From IMG/VR virus record IMGVR_UViG_3300010970_000172, positions 1 through 63,260 of that record: a stretch of DNA of 63,260 nucleotides, one strand, 5' to 3'. The stretch is from a virus. A program made the position numbers and the translations under genes. Each line of letters begins with the position of its first letter. Within the stretch, counting starts at the first letter, position 1. Of this stretch, positions 38,744 to 46,169 are shown in pieces. The notes beneath the pieces were generated by a model. That model ran no database searches. It had not been told where the DNA came from and was given only the letters and a program-made list of their open reading frames with translations.

Positions 38744-39299
38744 TAGCTATGGCTTCAGGGGTCATATTTAATATCTGGTCCTTCTTCTCTTTGTTATCTC
38801 CAAATAACTTTTCCTCATACGCTTCGATGCGTTTAATAATAGCATCGCACTCGTTCATCAACTTTGTCTTAATCTCCAAAGCTTGCAACTTATCCTTGTC
38901 GTTCTTGAAGTTTACGATAGGGGTCAATAGTTCTTGCTGATACTGCCACAGCACTTCTTCGTTAGCCGCCAATACTGACCACACCTTGGACGATTGAAAG
39001 CGTAGGTACTGATTGATATAGCCCAACACTTTTGGATGGCTTAAATCAAATAGTTCTTCCCTTCCAGACTTCAATCCTACCATCTCAGCACACTCCTCTT
39101 TCCTGTTAATGATATCAGGTATCTTTAGTCTAAGCGGAGACTTTACATCATAAAGAAGGACAACGTACTTAATAATAGTTAGGTCAACAGTCGATATACC
39201 CTCTCCAAATATCTGCTTAACAAGTGGATTCTTTCCCAAGTTCTTGTCCAACACATCAAGTGTTAAATCATCAAAATCTGTATCTAAAAATAATGCCAT
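38736..39299 (-). CDS. Terminase small subunit (putative, by position)
   Basis: 187 aa. It overlaps the TerL start and is the second gene of the late arm. Confidence 0.4.
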   Translation of the reverse strand: MALFLDTDFDDLTLDVLDKNLGKNPLVKQIFGEGISTVDLTIIKYVVLLYDVKSPLRLKIPDIINRKEECAEMVGLKSGREELFDLSHPKVLGYINQYLRFQSSKVWSVLAANEEVLWQYQQELLTPIVNFKNDKDKLQALEIKTKLMNECDAIIKRIEAYEEKLFGDNKEKKDQILNMTPEAIANV

Positions 39300-39319
39300 A
39301 TCTATGTTGGTTTATCGAA

Positions 39320-39346
39320 GGTCGGAGCGGCAGGGCGGGGCGGAAC
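39320..39346 (+). other. GC-rich G-run island (GGAGCGGCAGGGCGGGGCGG) in the late-operon leader
   Basis: Strong local compositional outlier in an AT-rich genome, 20-45 nt upstream of the ATG at 39299. Confidence 0.6.
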
Positions 39347-39402
39347 TTAACTACTTTTTTTTCTTCTTCTTTTAGGGTTGAAAAATCTTTTTTAAATTAT
39401 CT

Positions 39403-39410
39403 CAAAAATA
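39403..39410 (-). promoter_or_regulatory. -7-type box TATTTTTG upstream of the terminase operon (no clear -33 element)
   Basis: Matches TAnnTTTG on the minus strand, about 100 nt upstream of the ATG at 39299. Confidence 0.35.
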
Positions 39411-39460
39411 ATTGAGCATATATTTTTTAATGTTAACTCTTATATTATATTTAATATTAT

Positions 39461-39571
39461 GGTGATACTATAGTAGCACCCCCCTGCTACCCCGCAATCA
39501 CCCCCCCTGCTACTCGGCAAGCATCTACAAATGTTTTAGTGCTACTATAGTTGCATCTACAAATGTTTTAG
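39461..39571. repeat. Iteron cluster A. It holds the near-palindrome GGTGATACTATAGTAGCACC, C-run/TGCTAC boxes, and two tandem 32-bp units TGCTAC-N7-GCATCTACAAATGTTTTAG.
   Basis: 39461..39480 is the reverse complement of 49472..49491. TGCTACTCGGCAAGCA (39508..39523) is repeated at 49452..49467. The 32-bp units are at 39508..39539 and 39540..39571. Confidence 0.8.
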
Positions 39572-40215
39572 TTTTTACATAAAATATCACTCTGACGTAT
39601 CGTATAGTAGGTTTTGCCTTCAATCACGTTTTCAAAGTTTGTATTTTTGTCTATGACAACAATTTCACCTGCGTTAACATCAATTGCATCAACATTTTTT
39701 AATGGTTTTCCAATATGAGCCAACTTTGCCCTCTTAGTTGAGTCTTCTTTTGTAACAGATGTAACGAGACCAAAAGAATTTTTTACCGCAGACATCTTAA
39801 CTCCACCAACTTCTATCTCCTCAAATTCATCTTCGTTTTCAACAATCTTCTCGCAGAACGTCCACCCACCAATAGGTATAATATCAGTACCCCTAACAAC
39901 GCAGAAAATCCAGCAATAAGGAATGCGATAATAGTTACCATATATACAAGCATTCTCATCGAATGTAGCAAGGTAATGAAAGTATACTTTATCGCCCACC
40001 CGTACATCTGCTTCAATTTCAATTCCGTCTTCGTTATAGCATTTGCCTTTTGGTACTGCTTTAACCACTCCGTATATTCTTGCATTGTGTGTGGGTTTAA
40101 ATAAAGGGTCTATAAATATCTGTAATGACCCATATTGAACTGTGTCATCGTACTGTGCACCAATCTCTACAATCAGAGAGTTAGGCGATGCTTGAGTAAG
40201 CTCGTATGATAGCAT
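39568..40215 (-). CDS. Tandem Cpn10/GroES-like protein (putative phage co-chaperonin)
   Basis: Two halves each carry a GroES-like pattern: ARIYGVVKAVPKG..VRVGDKVYF, and RAKLAHIGKP..VNAGEIVVID..YYTIRQSDIL. Confidence 0.4.
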   Translation of the reverse strand: MLSYELTQASPNSLIVEIGAQYDDTVQYGSLQIFIDPLFKPTHNARIYGVVKAVPKGKCYNEDGIEIEADVRVGDKVYFHYLATFDENACIYGNYYRIPYCWIFCVVRGTDIIPIGGWTFCEKIVENEDEFEEIEVGGVKMSAVKNSFGLVTSVTKEDSTKRAKLAHIGKPLKNVDAIDVNAGEIVVIDKNTNFENVIEGKTYYTIRQSDILCKN

Positions 40216-40241
40216 AATTGTTTTGTTTGGTTATATAAATC

Positions 40242-40249
40242 CAAAGTTA
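40242..40249 (-). promoter_or_regulatory. -7-type box TAACTTTG upstream of 39568..40215
   Basis: Matches TAnnTTTG on the minus strand, about 30 nt upstream of the ATG at 40215. Confidence 0.35.
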
Positions 40250-40790
40250 TAGCATTATTCGCAATTTTCATAGCAATTGATTCTAAGCGAGGATTTTTAC
40301 CTTAGATGATATGTTGGTCAAGTATGTATGTTTCAGCTTGTCAGCGTGGCAAGGATTAAGTGTAGCAGTAAGTGTGCACTAAAGTTTACTATGTGTTTAT
40401 TATTTTGTAGCGTAGGCTTGTGTTCTTAGGGTTATATATATTATTGGGTTCCGACCAGCAAAATTCGCGAAATCGATATTTGTAAGTGGGTGGGTTTCGC
40501 TTTTGCAATCCAAAAACCTAATTTCCAATGTCTGAAGGCACATTTTACTGCGATCTAATACATATGCTTTAACACTGGTATGTGTCTGATCCTTACATCA
40601 CATCAGATTTTTTGTCCCAACATACAGAGAGAGAGAACGAACAATCCGCTCGAACATAACCAATAAAACAAAAGACCATAACCATATCAATCCAATATCA
40701 CATAGGTACAAGACAGCAATTTTTTTTCGTACCAAAATCTGCCACAGCGAATCACCTATAGCATAGGCAAAAAATATCTTCAATGACCTA

Positions 40791-40820
40791 TTGTAAACTA
40801 ATGCTTTTGTGTTATATTTG
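40791..40820 (+). promoter_or_regulatory. Early promoter TTG-N19-TATATTTG
   Basis: TTG at 40791..40793 and TATATTTG at 40813..40820, about 120 nt upstream of the first plus-strand gene. Confidence 0.5.
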
Positions 40821-40907
40821 AAATGTCAAAAGGGACAGCAAATCATACAGAGGCAGTAAACTTAAAATGCAGTTAAACTGGTTTGCATCCCAAATGGCAA
40901 AATCAAA

Positions 40908-40931
40908 TAATCCATAAACAATCAAAACAAT
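40908..40931 (+). repeat. 24-nt leader element TAATCCATAAACAATCAAAACAAT, copy 1
   Basis: Identical to 41234..41257. The core AAACAATCAAAA also occurs at 43002..43016 and 44841..44853, each time 7-12 nt before an ATG. Confidence 0.85.
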
Positions 40932-40938
40932 TAACACA

Positions 40939-41223
40939 ATGAAAAAAGTAGAACAAATTGCAATGTTGGTAGCATCTCAAATCTTCCTACCAATGACCAT
41001 CTTCAGCATCCATCACAATGCATTCGCTGAAGCAATCATCTGTACCATCGGATGGGCTGTGATGAGTGGAATTACATTGGTGATGTTATCATCCGACAAG
41101 GCAGAAGATGTCCCAATGACAGCGACATACAATGGTCAAGAATTCAAGGATGAACAAACCATTCACGAATGGAGAGAAGAATTCGAATTCGATTATTTCA
41201 TCGACAATGCATCTCAAAACTGA
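40939..41223 (+). CDS. Small membrane protein, 94 aa
   Basis: Two hydrophobic helices and an acidic C-terminus. First early gene. Confidence 0.55.
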   Translation: MKKVEQIAMLVASQIFLPMTIFSIHHNAFAEAIICTIGWAVMSGITLVMLSSDKAEDVPMTATYNGQEFKDEQTIHEWREEFEFDYFIDNASQN

Positions 41224-41233
41224 TAAACTAAAC

Positions 41234-41257
41234 TAATCCATAAACAATCAAAACAAT
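41234..41257 (+). repeat. 24-nt leader element, copy 2
   Basis: Identical to 40908..40931. Confidence 0.85.
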
Positions 41258-41263
41258 AATATT

Positions 41264-42958
41264 ATGTCAATCGTAACAACAATTTTCGGACAATCAATCG
41301 ATTCATCAGTAGCATCTCAATTACACGATGGGAGATGGTTTTCAAGAGTAAACTACATCAATGATGCCACATCAAATGAGGCAACAAAGATTACAGCAGT
41401 AAGCAATTGGAATGGCTTGGATTGGGAAACGGCATATGCATTGAAGACAGATGCAATTCGCATCCATCGTTCACCTCAAGGTGGCAATACATACATCACA
41501 AAACGCTCATTTGATTTGGGCAATTGTCCCGCTGTTCAAATCCAATACGGAAGCAAGACATACACATTCAAATCTGCAATAGACAGATTCAATGCGGGAT
41601 ATGCTTGGTCAATGGATGAATTCAGATGGATTGACCTTAAGGTAGCAGATAGACATATGTGGGGAGATTTGCGATTGGTTAGACAAGGTGATGAGGATTA
41701 CAAGTTTGTGTATCGTAGAAATGGTAGCTACAATTCTGCTGATTATGTTGATGGAAGAGACCTTGTACGGATGTCGCAAGTTAGTTCTTTCTCATTGCCA
41801 ATCTACTACCATCCATCTCACCCATCATTGGTATTCGATGCTATTAACCATTGCACTATTCCTCTTGACATAGCAACAACATTGCATACAATAGTGGAAG
41901 GTGAATTGGTTAAATTTTATACCGAATCAAGAAGATTGTGGAGATATTCAGAAGGTGAAATGGTGGAATTAAAAGTGACAGCAGATTCACTTAGCATCTT
42001 AAGACCATATCGCAATACCATACACGATGGAATCCGTTATTTCGACAGAGAATCTGCTGTAGCAAATGGATATACACAAATCTTTTGTTCACATTGCAGA
42101 AGAGATGTAGATGCATCTCACGATATGGTGGATTGTGCATCTCGTAACTTTCGCAATGAGCGTTTCGGTTATCATTCATCACAACAAGTGAAGACAATCA
42201 ATATGCCATCTCAAATCGTATTCAAGATTGGTGTTGAAATCGAGAAACAAACACGATTGGGAGCAGTTAATGGAGCGAATGAAATTTATCACGAATTCGG
42301 ATGGAAGAAAGAAAGAGATGGTTCGTTGGATGATACAATCGGATACGAATTGGTATCACCTTGTTATCCATTGTTCACCGATGACCTTATCAATGAGGCA
42401 AAGGCAATCGAGGCAAGATTCCCTAACTTGATTGATTCGAATGAGGACAAGGCAAACTTAGGAAGATTCAAGGATGCTTGTGGTGGTCACATCCATTTCA
42501 GTAGAAGTTACACAAGTGGACAAGATACATTCGAGATGATTAGTGGTTATATGCCATTGTTCTATGCCATCTACAAGAAGAGAATTAACATCTCTTATTG
42601 TGAGGCAAAAGAGAAGAACAGAATGAAGAATTCTGTTAACACAAAATATCAAGCAGTAAAGATTATGGACAAGAGAATCGAATTCAGAATCTTCCCTTTG
42701 GTGGAGAATGTAAAGACATTGGAATGGCGAATTAATTTGCTAAGAATTATGGCTAACAATCCATCAGATTCGTTCATCGAAGTTGCGAATATGTTATGTG
42801 ATACATCTTCTGATTTGCACAAGCATATGCTCAAGATTTTTACTCTTGACAAACTGAAGAGAAGAATATCTGATTCCATTTCAATGGCAGAGCAATTCGA
42901 TAGAGATTATTCCTCTTACGATTTCACAAATCTTCGTTCAGCAATTAGTTCATTATAA
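41264..42958 (+). CDS. Amidoligase-family (glutamine-synthetase-like COOH-NH2 ligase) protein with an unknown ~310-aa N-terminal domain
   Basis: GVEIEK (42230..42244), ERDGSLDDTIGYELVSP, CGGHIHFS (42479..42502) and RIEFRIFP (42673..42696) match the amidoligase motif series. Confidence 0.6.
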   Translation: MSIVTTIFGQSIDSSVASQLHDGRWFSRVNYINDATSNEATKITAVSNWNGLDWETAYALKTDAIRIHRSPQGGNTYITKRSFDLGNCPAVQIQYGSKTYTFKSAIDRFNAGYAWSMDEFRWIDLKVADRHMWGDLRLVRQGDEDYKFVYRRNGSYNSADYVDGRDLVRMSQVSSFSLPIYYHPSHPSLVFDAINHCTIPLDIATTLHTIVEGELVKFYTESRRLWRYSEGEMVELKVTADSLSILRPYRNTIHDGIRYFDRESAVANGYTQIFCSHCRRDVDASHDMVDCASRNFRNERFGYHSSQQVKTINMPSQIVFKIGVEIEKQTRLGAVNGANEIYHEFGWKKERDGSLDDTIGYELVSPCYPLFTDDLINEAKAIEARFPNLIDSNEDKANLGRFKDACGGHIHFSRSYTSGQDTFEMISGYMPLFYAIYKKRINISYCEAKEKNRMKNSVNTKYQAVKIMDKRIEFRIFPLVENVKTLEWRINLLRIMANNPSDSFIEVANMLCDTSSDLHKHMLKIFTLDKLKRRISDSISMAEQFDRDYSSYDFTNLRSAISSL

Positions 42959-42965
42959 TTTAAAT

Positions 42966-42983
42966 GGGGAGAGTAATCTCCCC
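42966..42983 (+). terminator. Hairpin GGGGAGA-GTAA-TCTCCCC with a weak T tract (possible partial terminator or attenuator)
   Basis: Perfect 7-bp GC-rich stem between the amidoligase and GATase genes. Confidence 0.35.
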
Positions 42984-43024
42984 TTATCCAAACAAATTTT
43001 CAAACAATCAAAACAAATAATAAT

Positions 43025-43873
43025 ATGTGTATCGCAATTTTAAATTCACCAAATGTTACTTTCGAAAAATCTCTTATCAAAAATTGTTGGGATAACAACA
43101 GAGATGGTGGTGGAATGATTTGGTCAGATGAATCAAACAATCAGTTACATATCTTCAAAGAGGTTAAATCATTCGAGGCATTCTACAATAAGTATGTCGA
43201 GGTTAGAAGAGATTTCCCGACATCCAATGTCGTACTACATTTCCGTATCAGCACAAGTGGTGGAGTAAACGAAACGAACTGCCATCCATTTCAAGTTAAC
43301 AAGGATATTGCATTCGTTCACAATGGAGTAATTGGTGAACTAAACGGAATAGATGCTAAGAAGTCAGATACGAACTTGTTCAATGAAATCTATCTTCGTA
43401 AGCTACCATCCGATTTCCTTTACAATGAGGCAATCATCAATCTTATTAAGAAGTTCATTGGTAGCAGTAAGTTAGTATTCTTGAATGCATACAATGAATA
43501 CACGATTGTCAATGAGCAGTTAGGTCAGAGAGATGCTGAATTCGAAGGATGTTGGTTTTCCAATGCAACATACAAGAAGGTTAACTATGTTGATTATGGT
43601 GGCAAGAAAGTTTACAATAACAGCAAGCCAACATACACGAATCAAACCATTGTGCATTATCCTAAAGTAGTAAACAATCCTACCATTCCATTCAAGGAAG
43701 ACCTTAAGACTAACGATAAGAAATGGTATGATTATGTGGCTTATGAAAATGAGGATGATGCTATCTACGATGAATGGCAAGAGAGATACGATTATCTCAA
43801 GGCTAAAGATGTAGCATCCTTGACATCAGCCGAATGGGAAGAGATGGAGAATCTCAAATGGTATTGCATCTAA
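43025..43873 (+). CDS. Class-II (Ntn-hydrolase type) glutamine-amidotransferase-like protein
   Basis: N-terminal MCIAIL (Cys2 nucleophile), NRDGGGM, HFRISTSG, NCHPF, FVHNGVI. It has a ~90-aa acidic, aromatic-rich C-terminal extension. Confidence 0.6.
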   Translation: MCIAILNSPNVTFEKSLIKNCWDNNRDGGGMIWSDESNNQLHIFKEVKSFEAFYNKYVEVRRDFPTSNVVLHFRISTSGGVNETNCHPFQVNKDIAFVHNGVIGELNGIDAKKSDTNLFNEIYLRKLPSDFLYNEAIINLIKKFIGSSKLVFLNAYNEYTIVNEQLGQRDAEFEGCWFSNATYKKVNYVDYGGKKVYNNSKPTYTNQTIVHYPKVVNNPTIPFKEDLKTNDKKWYDYVAYENEDDAIYDEWQERYDYLKAKDVASLTSAEWEEMENLKWYCI

Positions 43874-43893
43874 TACCATCTCATTGATTACAG

Positions 43894-43924
43894 AATCCCC
43901 TACAGAAATGTGGGGGATTTTTTT
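43894..43924 (+). terminator. Intrinsic terminator after the GATase-like gene
   Basis: AATCCCC-N12-GGGGATT followed by TTTTT. Confidence 0.65.
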
Positions 43925-44167
43925 ATGCCCTATGCAATCGCATCCACTATCAACAACAAATCTGCTGTAGCATCACAATCGTTATGCTGTACCATTATAA
44001 TCGTTTAGAATCAAGATATCAGCATCCAACATCACATCACATCTGTATAATCGATTCTCAAGGGATTAGATGTTATTAATTGCTGTATCTTATTAATCAT
44101 TTCTTTTTTTTTCAGCAGATTCTGATCCCACAGGTTTCTTCTGGTTAAAACAGGTTTGATTTCAAGG

Positions 44168-44190
44168 ATTTTTTAGGTCAGTCTAAAAAT
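44168..44190 (+). repeat. Hairpin motif copy 1: ATTTTTTAGGTCAGTCTAAAAAT
   Basis: Consensus TTTTTTAGGTNAGTCTAAAAAT (inverted repeat TTTTTAG / CTAAAAA around a 6-nt loop). Confidence 0.85.
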
Positions 44191-44270
44191 TCTTTAATTT
44201 TCCGTGAACAGGGTGAAATTCCATTTTCACAGGTCTAATCCCTCTGGGCAAAACAGATCCCTTTAGAAAG

Positions 44271-44293
44271 TTTTTTAGGTGAGTCTAAAAATT
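44271..44293 (+). repeat. Hairpin motif copy 2: TTTTTTAGGTGAGTCTAAAAATT
   Basis: Same consensus. Confidence 0.85.
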
Positions 44294-44382
44294 TCTTTCA
44301 ATCTGGTACAAGTTCCTAAGCTGGTGAAGCTGATGATCACAAAAGATCCCGTCTGGTGCAAATACAGGTTAAATCGATGTGG

Positions 44383-44410
44383 TTTTTTAGGTTAGTCTAA
44401 AAATTTATTT
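44383..44410 (+). repeat. Hairpin motif copy 3: TTTTTTAGGTTAGTCTAAAAATTTATTT
   Basis: 28 nt identical to copy 4. Confidence 0.85.
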
Positions 44411-44572
44411 GTAAGTCACAGGTTACAGATCACAAATCTTTCTGGTCCAACAGGGGAAAATCTCCCAAAAACCAAAAACACTATCAACAACGACTGAACC
44501 CGATGGCAAAATTTCATATATACAGGTGAAGTTTCTGGAGTGTGTCTGGTGAACCGACTAAGCTGATAAGAT

Positions 44573-44600
44573 TTTTTTAGGTTAGTCTAAAAATTTATTT
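44573..44600 (+). repeat. Hairpin motif copy 4: TTTTTTAGGTTAGTCTAAAAATTTATTT
   Basis: 28 nt identical to copy 3. Confidence 0.85.
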
Positions 44601-44864
44601 ACTGATTTTCTGGTCTGGCTACAGGTGAAGCTGGTAACTTGCAGGATGAAAAATTCCGATCCCAAGAAGTTTTTTTTGTCACTATATAATATGCGTGTCG
44701 ACCAATCTGAGACGCAAAATCTGTGATATATAATGATAACCTATGCGATAAAAGTCACTGAAATTAAAGTTTTTCTTAATATATTGTTGCAATTTTAAAT
44801 CTAATGCTTTAATATTGTACATCATTTAACAATTGACCAGTAAACAATCAAAATTTAAAAACTT

Positions 44865-45263
44865 ATGAACAATTCAATCGCCCAGTCCTATGCGGACCTG
44901 AACACCAAGTTAAACGAGTGGTATGGATGTATGCCATATGGAGCTTTAAGTAAAATACATCAAATAGATGTGTTATCTCTTTTGTCTAATCGTTCAGACA
45001 AAGAAATCGAAGAAATCTTATGCGAGTTAAGATTCGAATGGTTTGATATGCCTACAGATGAGAAGGTGCAAGCTTACGAATTTTTATATGAGGAGTACAA
45101 AGTCTTTGTTCCCCAAGTTGCTGAGAAGGTTAATGTCTTAAATATATATGCTGATGATTTCCTTAAGTCCACCTATTGGCACGACATATGTGAAGTTTTA
45201 GAAATCGATAGAGCATCAGACAATGTATCTATTCGATTTACTGAAGTAAAGTCTAACCTATAA
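44865..45263 (+). CDS. Hypothetical protein, 132 aa
   Basis: Track ORF, preceded by the leader core TAAACAATCAAAA. Confidence 0.55.
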   Translation: MNNSIAQSYADLNTKLNEWYGCMPYGALSKIHQIDVLSLLSNRSDKEIEEILCELRFEWFDMPTDEKVQAYEFLYEEYKVFVPQVAEKVNVLNIYADDFLKSTYWHDICEVLEIDRASDNVSIRFTEVKSNL

Positions 45264-45277
45264 ACGAAATAAACGAA

Positions 45278-45496
45278 ATGAAAAAATTAATGATGATTAT
45301 CGGAAGTCCAAGCAAGGTAGATAGAAAAATCCTTGAGGATGTAAGTGGCAAAGAATTTACACCAAATCAGTTTTCTGATTTCTGTTGCCTACACAAGTTA
45401 AGCTACGAGGAGATTGGTGATTTTTGCACGAATGTCAATGATGAGTTTTTATCAGTTGATGAAAAATGGATATCATATTGTTTTGTAAACTTTTAA
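45278..45496 (+). CDS. Hypothetical protein, 72 aa
   Basis: Track ORF. Confidence 0.5.
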   Translation: MKKLMMIIGSPSKVDRKILEDVSGKEFTPNQFSDFCCLHKLSYEEIGDFCTNVNDEFLSVDEKWISYCFVNF

Positions 45497-45507
45497 ACCC
45501 TAAAAAA

Positions 45508-45855
45508 ATGTCAGTAGAAAAATTCAACAAGGAAGATTTAGTTGTGCATCTATATGAAGCACAAGAGTTTATTGCCGATGTATTAGATACAGAAGAAGGC
45601 GATGTTGGTCATAACCATATAACTAATATGATTGATGCCCTTAGCCAAGCTTGTTATACCATTGAGTCCCCTAAAGAAGTTCGAGTGTATGCAGTTGATG
45701 ATGGAATGCTTATGAAGCCCCAACAATTATATTCAGATGAAGAGTTTATTGCTTTGTCAGAAGAGGATGGAAATGTATGGTCTTTGGAAGGCTTTCAGCG
45801 AGAGCATAATAGTGGAGATTTATTTATAAGTAATTACACAATCAGATTTATATAG
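45508..45855 (+). CDS. Hypothetical acidic protein, 115 aa from the MSVEKF start
   Basis: Track ORF 45466..45855, trimmed to the first non-overlapping ATG. Confidence 0.5.
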   Translation: MSVEKFNKEDLVVHLYEAQEFIADVLDTEEGDVGHNHITNMIDALSQACYTIESPKEVRVYAVDDGMLMKPQQLYSDEEFIALSEEDGNVWSLEGFQREHNSGDLFISNYTIRFI

Positions 45856-45857
45856 CT

Positions 45858-46151
45858 ATGAATGTACGAGAGATTTTAGAAGGCAAAGACATCTCATTAA
45901 GAGATAACTATGTGCAGACAATTAAAAGGTTTGCAAAGAATCGTAATGCAAGTCAAGAGGACAAAGCTATCGTAACGATTTGCGACATCCACTTTTGGGT
46001 GGGCGAAGTTTCTGAGAAGCAGAGAGAGTGGCTAATCAAGTATGCCAATCGTAACAGAATTGTTGGTGAACAACAAGCTATCAAGGAAGTTCACGATAAA
46101 ATTATTGAGGCTATTAAGGATCAGCCGATTGCAGATTTATTTAAAATTTAG
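45858..46151 (+). CDS. Hypothetical protein, 97 aa
   Basis: Track ORF. Its stop codon lies inside the reversed hairpin motif. Confidence 0.55.
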   Translation: MNVREILEGKDISLRDNYVQTIKRFAKNRNASQEDKAIVTICDIHFWVGEVSEKQREWLIKYANRNRIVGEQQAIKEVHDKIIEAIKDQPIADLFKI

Positions 46152-46166
46152 ACTAACCTAAAAAAT
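46147..46166 (-). repeat. Hairpin motif, reversed copy: TTTAGACTAACCTAAAAAAT
   Basis: Reverse complement of the 44383-type motif. It overlaps the TAG stop of 45858..46151. Confidence 0.8.
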
Positions 46167-46169
46167 ATT

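Noticed and set aside
39224-39415. 63-aa plus-strand ORF overlapping the TerS start and the late leader
   Set aside because: It is antisense to the late operon, spans the GC-rich island and gives an Arg/Gly/Ser-rich translation. It has no start context.
40598-40783. 61-aa minus-strand ORF in the divergent control region
   Set aside because: It is isolated in the promoter region with no coupled neighbours and a hydrophobic low-complexity product. It is more likely non-coding regulatory DNA, although this is not excluded.
44168-44600. CRISPR array formed by the four 23-28-nt repeats
   Set aside because: Spacings of about 100, 112 and 190 bp are irregular and far longer than CRISPR spacers. 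The repeats are AT-rich hairpins with variable loop bases. No cas genes are present.
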